From a bacterium (GTDB lineage: Bacteria; Krumholzibacteriota; Krumholzibacteriia; Krumholzibacteriales; Krumholzibacteriaceae), in the NCBI GenBank assembly GCA_020350885.1, contig CP070727.1, positions 3,664,017 to 3,728,016 on the forward strand: DNA of 64,000 bases. The letters run 5' to 3'. Made by a program: the position numbers and the translations under genes. Shown in pieces: positions 38,649 through 48,525 of the stretch. Position 1 is the first letter of the stretch. Every line of letters begins with the position of its first letter. A model generated the notes under the pieces. The model made no database searches and was not told the origin of the DNA. It worked only from the letters and a program-made list of their open reading frames with translations.

Positions 38649-39389
38649 TCAGCGCATCCCCCCTCCGAGTGTCTGTAGATACGTAAGAACAATGGTTAAC
38701 AACCAGATCGGGATCACCGGAACGAGCGCCTTGCTGCGTTCCACCTTGAAGATGGCGGCGATACCCAGGAGAAAGATGATGTAGAACCAGATATTGAAAA
38801 GACCCAGACTTTCCACAAATGCCTTCAGAAATCCCGCCAGTTCGGGAAAGAGCGGTGCGAGACTGAAGCTCAACTGAAGATCAGCAGTCGACTCCACGCT
38901 CTCTATGCCTTTCATTCGTAGCACGATCACCATGATTATCTGACCGAGCATTGGTATGAGGTTCGTGTAACTGGTGAGGCTCAGGGTCTTCTTGAAATTG
39001 GCATCCGAACTCACGAAGGAGATAAAGAGGTGTGCGATTCCCGCAATGATCAGAAGTACAATCACGAGTAAGATCGGAACGGCGATAAGACCGATAACTC
39101 CGAACCTGTCCATACCTTGGAGCGCCTGTTCGAGCTGCTCCTCCGGCATGCCGGTTACATTCAGCTCCAACAACCGTCGCCTCATCGGCAGCATCAACCA
39201 GCCGATGATCATACTGACAACACTAACGAGGATAAAGGGCTTCCACCATGTGAGCCCCGTGTCGATCCGTTTGAATACCTTTCCCGGATCGATAAAGATA
39301 TCCATGATTGACTGTAGAAATCCGCCGGTAACCTCCTGGGATCCCTCTCCGCCGGTCTGCGATGGTTCCAATGCATTTTCATCGATCAT
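38649..39389 (-). CDS. Yip1 family membrane protein
   Basis: IF.DP.K.F..I N-terminal motif, 5 TM helices, F.KTLS. Confidence 0.8.
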   Translation of the reverse strand: MIDENALEPSQTGGEGSQEVTGGFLQSIMDIFIDPGKVFKRIDTGLTWWKPFILVSVVSMIIGWLMLPMRRRLLELNVTGMPEEQLEQALQGMDRFGVIGLIAVPILLVIVLLIIAGIAHLFISFVSSDANFKKTLSLTSYTNLIPMLGQIIMVIVLRMKGIESVESTADLQLSFSLAPLFPELAGFLKAFVESLGLFNIWFYIIFLLGIAAIFKVERSKALVPVIPIWLLTIVLTYLQTLGGGMR

Positions 39390-39508
39390 ATCTCACACCC
39401 CTATGCACGAGAAAACCCATCCCGGTTGTATCCAGGCACACCCGGGCTCCGCGAAACACGTGTTAACATAGACAACTTTTCGCTAACTGTCAAAGGATTT
39501 AAGAGATG

Positions 39509-39541
39509 AAAAAAGGCCGGCACGGGGTGTCGCACCGGCCC
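39509..39541 (-). terminator. Intrinsic terminator after the PDZ gene
   Basis: Minus strand GGCCGGTGCG/CGTGCCGGCC stem followed by T6, about 20 nt after the stop. Confidence 0.8.
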
Positions 39542-39560
39542 GTAAGAACAAACCGCGAGC

Positions 39561-40709
39561 TTATTGCTCTTTCTCGAGTTCCTCCAGCCGCTTCTTCAGA
39601 CGCTTCAGCTCCTTTTTGAGCTCCTGCATCTCTTTCTTGAATTCCACCTGATCGATGCTTTCTATTTCGGGGAGATCGTGCAGCTCGATCTCCGGCACCT
39701 CGATACTGTGATGCATCTTCAGGGGAGAGAGAAAGAAAGCCCCTTCCCAATCCTCGATCTCGACCGTAAAGGTCTTCTCCTTTCCGGATCGTATCGCCTT
39801 GACTGTGACCTCGTCTCCCTCCTCAAGATCGCGTACCACCTCGAGGACATCTTCGACCTCGGAGATATCCTCATCACCTACCATGACGATGACATCCCCG
39901 GACTTGATCCCGGCTTCATCGGCAGGGCTGCCCTCATGCACCTCGAGAACGAGGACCCCCTCATCCTCCTTGACCTTGAAATAACCGGCCAGATCCTCAT
40001 TCAGTTCCGCGAGCGTGAGTCCCAGCTTTCCCCTACCGGCAGAAGCGCTTTTCCAGTAGTAACCGAATGCCTTTCCAAAGTCCTTGGCCGATTTTCCCAG
40101 ATCTTGAGCGAAGTCCTCGATTCGTTCCCAATCGACCGAGGAGTACTGCGTTGCACGCTCGCCGATGGTAGCGGTGGTTTCGATCTTTTTACCGTCGCGG
40201 TAAAATCCGATCTCCACCTCTTCACCGGGCTTCTTCTTGTTAACCAGGGCCGAGAGGTGCGATGGGCAATCCACCTCCTTCCCGCCGAAGAGATAAATGA
40301 TATCGTCCTCCATGAGACCGGCTTCATCTGCCGGACTGTCCTCGACTACCTCCGAGATCAGCACGCCCTTCTTGTGGGGATAGTTACTCTTCCTGATGAG
40401 CTTCCGTGTCAGCTCTTCCATGTAGATCCCCAGGTATCCGCCCTTCTTCTTCGATTTGACGACCTTGATCTCCTTGTCCCCGTCGTCGTCTCCAACGACA
40501 ATCAATCCCTCCTCATCCTCCGTGATGATCTTGTCGGGGGAGGTAACGATTATCGTGGTCATACCGGGGTCTTCGTTGTGCGTTGCATCCGTGCGTACCA
40601 CATAGATGCCGTCCTGGCCGGAACGAATAATATCAGCCGAGGCTTGGCTTGTACTCACAAGGGCCGATGCCACGCAAACGGTGATCACGATTATCAATAG
40701 CTTTTTCAT
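39561..40709 (-). CDS. Exported protein with two PDZ domains and C-terminal coiled coil
   Basis: Signal peptide; GYLGI..., GV.I.EV..DSPA..AG....D.I twice; heptad tail. Confidence 0.85.
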   Translation of the reverse strand: MKKLLIIVITVCVASALVSTSQASADIIRSGQDGIYVVRTDATHNEDPGMTTIIVTSPDKIITEDEEGLIVVGDDDGDKEIKVVKSKKKGGYLGIYMEELTRKLIRKSNYPHKKGVLISEVVEDSPADEAGLMEDDIIYLFGGKEVDCPSHLSALVNKKKPGEEVEIGFYRDGKKIETTATIGERATQYSSVDWERIEDFAQDLGKSAKDFGKAFGYYWKSASAGRGKLGLTLAELNEDLAGYFKVKEDEGVLVLEVHEGSPADEAGIKSGDVIVMVGDEDISEVEDVLEVVRDLEEGDEVTVKAIRSGKEKTFTVEIEDWEGAFFLSPLKMHHSIEVPEIELHDLPEIESIDQVEFKKEMQELKKELKRLKKRLEELEKEQ

Positions 40710-40878
40710 GACTTTCGCCGTCCCAGACGACCCCTCACCTCCTTTGTGCTCGTCTCGTGGGTCAACACGCATCCTTCCTGACATTTTTATTCGCAAGCAG
40801 GGCAAAAAGTTTCAATTTTTTTAGGGGTCTCCACGCACGTGCGCCTCGGTCTCCGCTTCGGCTCGACGAGCACCGAGA

Positions 40879-42027
40879 CTAACCCAGTAAGTCGTTGTAA
40901 ATACTTACTATCTTGTCGCCCCAGATATCGGTATCGAAGTTCTCCAGCACCCGGACCCTCGCCTTCCGGCCCAGCTCGGAGCGGCGATCGGATTCGGTGA
41001 GAAGTGTGGAGGCGGCTCTGAGGAAGCTATCCTCATCTCCCGGCTCTACGAGTTCACCGGCATCCGCCAGTATCACTCCGACATCACCAACATCGCTGGC
41101 GATGCACGCAACCCCGGAAGCCATCGCCTCCAGGAGCGCAAGCGGCACCCCCTCAGTGAGTGAGGGGAGGATGTAGCAATCGAAGAGGGGATAGAGACGC
41201 TCGGGCTCCTCCAAGAACCCTGGCATGGCAAGGATACGACCGATACCGCACGTTCGTGCAAGTGCGGTCAAGGTTTCACGCTCGTCCCCCTCGCCGATGA
41301 TCATGTACCGCACATCGCTTCCGTCCCCGGACATCGACTCGCTCAGCCTGGCAGCCATCCGTATGAAGAGGGGATAGTTCTTTACCGCCTTCAACCCGCC
41401 GACCGCCCCGACCAGGAGGCACGACTCGTGGTCCGTTCCGGGAAAATAGCGTTCGAATAGCGACCGCCGCGCCGCGCTCCTCTCACCCGGTTCCAAAGGC
41501 TTGAACCGTCTCGTATCGACCGCATTCGGCAGCACGATTACCGTCCCGTCCGGAAAACCCTGCCGCCGCGCTTCCCGGGCGGCATCCCGGCTTACGGTGA
41601 TGATCCTTTTGAACCGTGACCGCAGGCACCTGATGAGAGTCACGCGCCACCACGCAAACTCGAGACCGCTGCTGTGCCTCGTCGAGATGGCGGGCACGCC
41701 CGAGAGAATCGAAGCGCAGGCAGCCACGATCTCGGCATGGAAGAGATGGGAATGGATGATGTCGGGCCGGAACCGGTGCATGATGCGCCTAAGGGCAACC
41801 ACGCTCTTCGGACGGATCAGATCTCCGAGTGAGAAGAGTGGTATGCGAAAGAGTGAAATCCCCTCTTCGATGAGGTTCCGCTCGAGACCGTCCTCCACCA
41901 CCGAGAGGGTACAGACGGCACAGCTATACGCAGAGGCTTTGAGATGGCGGCACAGGTTCAGGAGATGGTTTTCAGCACCACCACCCTGTAAGGAGCTGAT
42001 AATGAAAAGGATACGATAGTTTTCCAT
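40879..42027 (-). CDS. Glycosyltransferase family 4
   Basis: GGAE, HSH, PS.TEG.P..LLEAMA.G..IASDVG motifs. Confidence 0.92.
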   Translation of the reverse strand: MENYRILFIISSLQGGGAENHLLNLCRHLKASAYSCAVCTLSVVEDGLERNLIEEGISLFRIPLFSLGDLIRPKSVVALRRIMHRFRPDIIHSHLFHAEIVAACASILSGVPAISTRHSSGLEFAWWRVTLIRCLRSRFKRIITVSRDAAREARRQGFPDGTVIVLPNAVDTRRFKPLEPGERSAARRSLFERYFPGTDHESCLLVGAVGGLKAVKNYPLFIRMAARLSESMSGDGSDVRYMIIGEGDERETLTALARTCGIGRILAMPGFLEEPERLYPLFDCYILPSLTEGVPLALLEAMASGVACIASDVGDVGVILADAGELVEPGDEDSFLRAASTLLTESDRRSELGRKARVRVLENFDTDIWGDKIVSIYNDLLG

Positions 42028-42041
42028 GTAGAGAATTCGTG

Positions 42042-43298
42042 TTAGGTGATGCGCTCGATGTTCTCCACGCTCTTCCTGCTGTCGGAATAGGAAAGCTTCT
42101 GGCTCCCCTCGATAACACGGAGCTTCGTGGTGATATGCGAGTGTTCGTAGACGTCCCTCGTGGTCTCGGCCTTTTCCCAGGCGGAACAACGGCTGCCACC
42201 GAGATAGGTGAGAATGGCCGTAAGTGCCGCACCATTCACGAGCACGAAGTAGAACGGCACGAAGAAGACCCGCGATTGAATCCTTCCCCGCCGCAGGAGA
42301 GAACCGATAATCGCCAGTATGTAGAAGATATTCTGCAGGATGAATAGTGTGAGGAAGAATGGTTGCGATACGAGCACCAGATTGGTGAAGTACAGCAGCG
42401 GTAGCATCGGCCCGATCCACCACCTGAGGAGTTTCCTCGATACGAACTGGAATATCCTCAGATGCCCGCCAAAACAGCTTCTCAGGGACCTGAATCCGGT
42501 CAATCCACGAACGATGATGCGGCGCTTGCGGGCGAATTCCTCCCGGAAGAAATAGGTCGATTTCTCGTATGCGACTGCCTCTCGCTCGTATACGACGTCA
42601 TACCCTTGATTGGCGACCTCGGCGGGAAGCTGAAAGTCGTTGGCGACATTACTGATAACGGGGCGGAACAGCTCCCTTCTGATGGCGAATATCGTACCGG
42701 TTCCGACAAGGACCGACCCGACCCGGCTCTCGAGCCGGTTCAGAAGCGATTCGTACCGCCAGTACAGGTTCTCACCCTTCCCGACGTACGAGTGGTTGCT
42801 GAGATAGACGAGCCTTCCAACGACACACCCGACATCCTCGTCCGCAAAGTTCTTGACGAGTTGTTGTATGGCATCCTCCCGGTAGAAGGCATTGGCGTCC
42901 GAGAAGACAAGGATATCATCATCGAGGCCGAGTACCGCACGGTTCAGCGTGGCGCTCTTGCCTTCCCTCGTATCGAAGGCCTTCAATACAAGATTCACAC
43001 CCTCGTAGCTACGCACGACGTCGTTGGTCTCGTCCATCGATCCATCACTCGCAATAACGATCTTGAGACGATCCCTCGGGTAATCGAGCTTCAGGCTGTT
43101 CTCGATCTTTTCCCTGATGATGCGTTCCTCGTTGTAGGCGGATATGATGAGGGCTACGCTCGGTACGTAGCGTTCATTCGAGGAGTGGCGGCGCCTTCTG
43201 AACAACCCGACGACGGCGAGTGCGAGCGGGTATCCGGCATAGACATACAGGATAACACTTATCACAGCGAGAAACAGGAGCTTCGCCGCAACCTGCAT
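42042..43298 (-). CDS. Glycosyltransferase family 2 (cellulose synthase-like)
   Basis: AYNEE, DGS.D, GK, FSDAN, YW.YE, D, R..RI..G motifs; TM helices; SD GGAGG. Confidence 0.92.
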   Translation of the reverse strand: MQVAAKLLFLAVISVILYVYAGYPLALAVVGLFRRRRHSSNERYVPSVALIISAYNEERIIREKIENSLKLDYPRDRLKIVIASDGSMDETNDVVRSYEGVNLVLKAFDTREGKSATLNRAVLGLDDDILVFSDANAFYREDAIQQLVKNFADEDVGCVVGRLVYLSNHSYVGKGENLYWRYESLLNRLESRVGSVLVGTGTIFAIRRELFRPVISNVANDFQLPAEVANQGYDVVYEREAVAYEKSTYFFREEFARKRRIIVRGLTGFRSLRSCFGGHLRIFQFVSRKLLRWWIGPMLPLLYFTNLVLVSQPFFLTLFILQNIFYILAIIGSLLRRGRIQSRVFFVPFYFVLVNGAALTAILTYLGGSRCSAWEKAETTRDVYEHSHITTKLRVIEGSQKLSYSDSRKSVENIERIT

Positions 43299-43339
43299 TT
43301 CAGCCTCCACAGATGTGGGCAAGGTGACCTATTAATAAC

Positions 43340-43379
43340 ATACCCCGGTAAATCTGCAAAAGATTTTTTTCCGGGGTAT
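43340..43379. repeat. Inverted repeat upstream of the GT2 gene
   Basis: ATACCCCGG...CCGGGGTAT with inner AAATCT/AGATTT. Confidence 0.55.
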
Positions 43380-43536
43380 CCATAAATAAAACGCTCCCGT
43401 TTTCATCCCATAGGGATTTCTGATTCCCTACATGTACCAAAAACAGTAGCGTTCTATCTATAAGGCTCCTCTTTATTACAAAATAATTGCTTACATGGCC
43501 GCTGTCAATACAGAGACCGGCATTCGGAGGAAAATT

Positions 43537-46500
43537 TTATCGCATGATAATGAGCTTCCTCGTCTCACTCACGCCGGTACTTGTTACCAATCTATAGAAA
43601 TAGATGCCACTTGCAACGCTGCGGCCGTAATTGTTCTTCCCCTCCCAGCCGACTTCGTACCTGCCCGGTCTGCGATGACCGCCGAGGAGGGTCCGCACGA
43701 GTGCTCCCCGGCTATCGAAGATCGAAAGCTCCACGGTACACTCATGGGAGATGTCGTACCGTATGATCGTCGCCGGATTGAAGGGGTTCGGGTAGTTCTG
43801 GTGAAGGGCGGTCCGCTGAGGCGGTGTAGGGAACACATCTTCGTTCTCGTCTATGAACTCTGTGCTCCCGACTATCAGGACGAAGCGGGTCTCCCGCTCG
43901 AACGAGACGGGTGTGCGGGAGCCGAGATGGAATCCGTATGTTCCCTCCTCCTTCAGATCGGCCACGGTTCCGAGGTGCCTGTCGATGAGATAGATACGTG
44001 CATGGGAAGGCAGCCGCTCTAACCCGGTGAAGGACAGATCCACGGGGTCGCCGGCGGTCTCTACGGTAAAGTTCTTCGCCACATCGAAGTGCCAGATATG
44101 ACCCCAAAGGTCCTCCTCCCTTCCGATACCCTCCACAAGGGAGCGGGGGAGTACCCCATACCCTCCCCTGATGTCGACCGCATACCGCCCGGGATTCCGG
44201 CGCCAGCCCCCATGGGGAAAGTAGAGCGACACGGAACGTCCCGGGCTCATGGGTGGCTCGGAACGATCGAGCGGATCCTTTGTACTGACGGCTCGGTGGC
44301 GTACTCCCAGGGCATTCTCGATATCGCATGCGCCCTCAGTCCGCGCCTGAATCGTCAGCATCCACTCGTCCTCACCGAGCCCGTCATCCATCTGCGAGAG
44401 ATGGTCCGCCGATGCGATCTCCGGCTGACCCTGCGGTGCCTCATCCGGCGGAATGCTGAGTATGATGATGGTGTCGCGCAGGTTCTTGACCCAGTACCCC
44501 ACGAAGGGCTCCAGCATGTCCGTCCCGAAGAGATACCCGTCCTTCTCCCAGCGCACAGGCGGCTCGAGAACCGTCCCCACAGCCTCCGCCATCGCAAGAA
44601 GCGGTCCGCCGAGCGTATCGACACGTACCGAATCCCACGCGACCGGGAAGGCGAACGGCGTACCGATCATGTTGTATCCGGGAACGAGTGGAAGTGCGAA
44701 GGGGCCGCCGGTCGGTGTCGAAAGCCCCCGGGCCGGACCGGTTCCGATCTGGTGGCGATCCCGTGAGATGAGCCAGTAGGCCCGGCCCTGCTCGAATGAT
44801 TGCACGGTCTCATTCGGCACCTCGACATAGGCCGAATCGAGCGAATCGTATAGAAAGAGGCGCCACAGCGTGATATCGACCGGACCGAGATCGTCGATGA
44901 GAGCTCCCTCGATGGTCCCCTCCATGTCGAGGGGTATCGACATCATCCGGTATGTGCCCCCCGGATGCTCCCGGGCCTCCACGAGATCCTCCACCGTCAC
45001 CTGTAACGTCTTCGGATTGGTGATCATATCCGATGCCGGATCGGAGAGCGTGCTCGTAAGGGTCTGAATCTCCGCCCAGTACTCGATACCTCTGGCCCCC
45101 ACGATCGTATCGGGGATCGTCGCAAACGGAAGCGGGTCACCGTGTCCGAAATCGAACGTTTCGAAACCCACGGTGCCCCCCCGGCGTACATGAAGATCCC
45201 CCGCACTGAAGTGCGCACCGACGGGGAGGCTTACCTGGACGAGCACATCCCTGCCCGTGATGAAGTCCTGGCCCTCGTTCGGAATCGGTGTCGCCGTGAC
45301 GGATATCGGAGGTACGACTGGCCGGTACCACACGGAATCAGGCGCATTGGGCGGATCGGTCGTGAAGACGCCGCTGTTCTCGACACGGATGTAGTATTCG
45401 AGCCCCGCCTCCGTAACGGCCTCGCCCGGTATCACTACCATGAATGCGTCCTGTAATCTGGTGAGCGCTACGCTGTCCGCAAACACTCCGTCGGCGGCCG
45501 GGCGGTGGTACAGGTATCCCCTCTCGACACGGACATCGGGTGCGGGTGTCACGATCACGGTAACCGCCTCCCCGAGCGGCAGCTCATCCGCCTGCGCGAG
45601 AAGCATCGACTCGATCTCGAGGGCACGTATATCGGCCGTCACCGGGATGGCGATCTCCTGGCGGAGGGGATCGTTGCTTGCGATCCGCATCTCTCCCGAG
45701 GCAGAGAGGATCGTGCGCGGCTCGAGAAATACGCTGATCGTATCGGCTTCACCGGGGGCGACCGAGAGCGGGATCGTCTCCCCGATACGCATCTCGGGAG
45801 AAGGCAGCACGACTCCGGTCGCGGTGAGCACCAGGTTGCCACTGTTTTCGATCTCGATTTCGAGCGAGCAGGTATCACCGACATTGACCGTCGGAAAGGC
45901 GAGGGAGTCCGGTGCGGCCTCTATGGCCGGGCGGCTCGGGACGATCCGACCGACCCTCTTGTGATACGATGTGACATGCTGGCCCAGGCTGACCGAGGCG
46001 GGGATCGAGACGACCCTGAGCCGCAGGACGACGTCCCTCGAATCGAACGGCACGAGAGTAACATCACAATCGAGCGAATCCGGAACGCCTACTGGCGAGG
46101 TCCCGACAGGGCCCACGGGTATCGATGAGCCCAGTACCTCGAGGGGATACCACGTGGGCTCGCCCTCGAATTGATAGGCGGGGACGATCCAGGCTCTATC
46201 CGACTCGACATCGAAGCCGGTATACCAGATACGGTACGTGTTCATATCGACCTTCCGGACCTTCACAAAACGCAGGAAGGCGGGATTATCCGGGAGCTGA
46301 TTCGTCGGCGCGAGCAGGTCCCCCCGGTAGGCGGGGGTCCTGAGACCGGGGAACAGCTCGTTGTCGTGCCCGTCGTTTCCGCACACGAGGTCGAGGTCGC
46401 CATCGGCATCGACATCTCCGAGTGCCATCGAGTAGGTGATATACTCCTTGGTGACAGACCAGTATTGATACATCTGGAAGAGACCATCGTCGTTCAGGTA

Positions 46501-48525
46501 TACCCCGTAGAATCTTACATTTCCACACACCATATCGAGATCGCCGTCATTGTCGAGATCACCGAGAGAGATGCTATAGTCTCCCCCATAGGCGGACGTC
46601 CATGCAGGCGAGGATTGAAAGAGACCACCGTCGTTCAGGTACAATCTACTCGGGGCGCGCATGTTTGCACATACGAGGTCGAGTCGGCCGTCGTAGTCGA
46701 TATCCCCCAGCGCGACACACGCCGTTCCCGACGAAGGGGTCGATGACCACTCCGGCACCCCCCCGAAAACCTCCCCCCCGTTGAGATACAGTGTATTCTG
46801 CCCCATGTTGCCGCAAGCCAGATCCAGGTCCCCGTCGCCATCTGTATCCCCCAGAGCTATGGAGAAGGTGTTTAAACTCTCGGACTGCCAATCAGGAGGT
46901 TCACTGAACACACCGTCTTTGTTCAGGTACAGCCTGTTCCCATTCGGGTCGCCGCACAAGATATCGGTATACCCGTCACCATTGATATCATCCAGCACGA
47001 GGCTCTCGCCACCCTCAAAATCGGAAACCCACGAAGGCTCACTGGGGAAGGTTCCGCCGTCGTTCTCGTAGAGCTGCATCGAAACCCCCGGTGAGCCTCC
47101 CCAGAGGAGATCGAGATCCCCGTCATTGTCGACATCACCGAGAGCCGCCCCGGCGCTTACATCTCCTGAGGTCCAGAAGGGGGTATCCTCGAAGGTTGCG
47201 CCGTTGTTACGGTACATCGCGTTGTTGGGCCCACCGCCGGCCACGAGATCGGGGGCATCGTCTCCATTCAGGTCCCCCAGTACGACGACCATGGTCTGGT
47301 TTGACGGCAAGCCCGCCGACCATGTGGGCTCGGCCGGGAAGAGGTACCCGTTGTTCGTGTAGAGGGTGCTGACCTCTTGGTTGCCGAAGACGAGATCGAG
47401 ATCGCCGTCGCCGTCGACATCCGCGAAACCCATCCCCTCCGATTGGAACGACGGGGCCGTAGACCAGGCCGCAGCCGATTGGAGGCTGTCCCCGAGGTTG
47501 AGGTAGAGCCTGTTCGGTCCTTCGTTTGCGACGGCGAGATCGAGATCGCCGTCGCCGTCGGCATCACCCAGTTCGAGGGAATACGTCGTATCCGCCTCCT
47601 GGGATGTCCAGGAGGGGGTTTCCTCGAAGAGACCGCCAATGTTCATGTAGACGGTATTCGGCTCCATGTAGCTACCGCAGACGAGATCGAGGAGTCCGTC
47701 GCCGTTGATGTCGCCGAGGGCGAGGCATGCAGTCATCTCTTCCGGAATCGATTGCCATGAAGGAACGGTCCGCAGCGAATCGCCGTCGTTCAGGTAGAGC
47801 TCGTTCGCCTGGCCTAAGTTGCCGCACACGAGGTCCAGGTCGTTGTCGTTATCGATATCCCCCAGCGCGACGGCTGTTGTCCACATCGTGGCTCCCGCCG
47901 ACCAGGCCGGCTGCTGCGGAAAGGTCCCGTCCCCGTTGTTCAGAAAGAGCTTGTTCTGCTGAAAAAGGTTTCCGCAGACGAGGTCGAGGTGCCCGTCGCC
48001 GTTCACGTCGGCGAATGCGATACCGAATGTGCTGTCGGGGGATTCCGAGATCCATGCCGGCTCCTCCTGAAACACGCCCCCGTCACCGAGATACAACTTG
48101 TTATATCTGATACCCTCGAGGCCCCCGCAGGTGAAGATGTCGAGATCGCCGTCCCTATCCACATCACCGAGTGCGAACCGTAAACAGTCTATCGGACTCG
48201 ACGTCCAGAACGGCATGAGATCAAATACACGACCGTTGTTTCGGTATAGGGTCAGGTCACCGCCGGTAGCGATAATCAGGTCGAGGTCACCGTCACGGTC
48301 CAGGTCACAGAGCGCAGCATATTCCGCTCCCGCGGCTGTACCCGAAGTCCAGACGGGATCGACCGGGAATGGGGGCTCCTGCCCCTGGCATGGAACAGAA
48401 GCGGCAATGACAACAAGAAACGCAAGAACCGTTACGGTAAGACAAAACCGTGAAGCGGACGCCTGTACAACCGCGTACCTGCCCCGTCTGCGGGGATAGA
48501 TATGAGATCTTTCCATTTCCATCAC
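43537..48525 (-). CDS. Large secreted FG-GAP repeat protein (14 repeats, Ig-like domains, FlgD-Ig CTD)
   Basis: Signal peptide; 14 x LGD.D.DG.LDL..GN repeats; ASH-like Ig (IEN.G...L..., I.SNDP); C-terminal QNYPNPFNP..SGIYFY. Confidence 0.9.
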   Translation of the reverse strand: MMEMERSHIYPRRRGRYAVVQASASRFCLTVTVLAFLVVIAASVPCQGQEPPFPVDPVWTSGTAAGAEYAALCDLDRDGDLDLIIATGGDLTLYRNNGRVFDLMPFWTSSPIDCLRFALGDVDRDGDLDIFTCGGLEGIRYNKLYLGDGGVFQEEPAWISESPDSTFGIAFADVNGDGHLDLVCGNLFQQNKLFLNNGDGTFPQQPAWSAGATMWTTAVALGDIDNDNDLDLVCGNLGQANELYLNDGDSLRTVPSWQSIPEEMTACLALGDINGDGLLDLVCGSYMEPNTVYMNIGGLFEETPSWTSQEADTTYSLELGDADGDGDLDLAVANEGPNRLYLNLGDSLQSAAAWSTAPSFQSEGMGFADVDGDGDLDLVFGNQEVSTLYTNNGYLFPAEPTWSAGLPSNQTMVVVLGDLNGDDAPDLVAGGGPNNAMYRNNGATFEDTPFWTSGDVSAGAALGDVDNDGDLDLLWGGSPGVSMQLYENDGGTFPSEPSWVSDFEGGESLVLDDINGDGYTDILCGDPNGNRLYLNKDGVFSEPPDWQSESLNTFSIALGDTDGDGDLDLACGNMGQNTLYLNGGEVFGGVPEWSSTPSSGTACVALGDIDYDGRLDLVCANMRAPSRLYLNDGGLFQSSPAWTSAYGGDYSISLGDLDNDGDLDMVCGNVRFYGVYLNDDGLFQMYQYWSVTKEYITYSMALGDVDADGDLDLVCGNDGHDNELFPGLRTPAYRGDLLAPTNQLPDNPAFLRFVKVRKVDMNTYRIWYTGFDVESDRAWIVPAYQFEGEPTWYPLEVLGSSIPVGPVGTSPVGVPDSLDCDVTLVPFDSRDVVLRLRVVSIPASVSLGQHVTSYHKRVGRIVPSRPAIEAAPDSLAFPTVNVGDTCSLEIEIENSGNLVLTATGVVLPSPEMRIGETIPLSVAPGEADTISVFLEPRTILSASGEMRIASNDPLRQEIAIPVTADIRALEIESMLLAQADELPLGEAVTVIVTPAPDVRVERGYLYHRPAADGVFADSVALTRLQDAFMVVIPGEAVTEAGLEYYIRVENSGVFTTDPPNAPDSVWYRPVVPPISVTATPIPNEGQDFITGRDVLVQVSLPVGAHFSAGDLHVRRGGTVGFETFDFGHGDPLPFATIPDTIVGARGIEYWAEIQTLTSTLSDPASDMITNPKTLQVTVEDLVEAREHPGGTYRMMSIPLDMEGTIEGALIDDLGPVDITLWRLFLYDSLDSAYVEVPNETVQSFEQGRAYWLISRDRHQIGTGPARGLSTPTGGPFALPLVPGYNMIGTPFAFPVAWDSVRVDTLGGPLLAMAEAVGTVLEPPVRWEKDGYLFGTDMLEPFVGYWVKNLRDTIIILSIPPDEAPQGQPEIASADHLSQMDDGLGEDEWMLTIQARTEGACDIENALGVRHRAVSTKDPLDRSEPPMSPGRSVSLYFPHGGWRRNPGRYAVDIRGGYGVLPRSLVEGIGREEDLWGHIWHFDVAKNFTVETAGDPVDLSFTGLERLPSHARIYLIDRHLGTVADLKEEGTYGFHLGSRTPVSFERETRFVLIVGSTEFIDENEDVFPTPPQRTALHQNYPNPFNPATIIRYDISHECTVELSIFDSRGALVRTLLGGHRRPGRYEVGWEGKNNYGRSVASGIYFYRLVTSTGVSETRKLIIMR

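Noticed and set aside
39564-40700. 378-aa plus-strand ORF
   Set aside because: Antisense of the PDZ gene
42028-42423. N-terminal extension of the GT4 ORF
   Set aside because: Overlaps the GT2 gene; the GT4 fold starts at MENYRILF
46300-48320. Repeated GAGATCGCCGTC-like DNA motifs resembling an array
   Set aside because: These are codons of FG-GAP protein repeats, not CRISPR repeats; no cas genes
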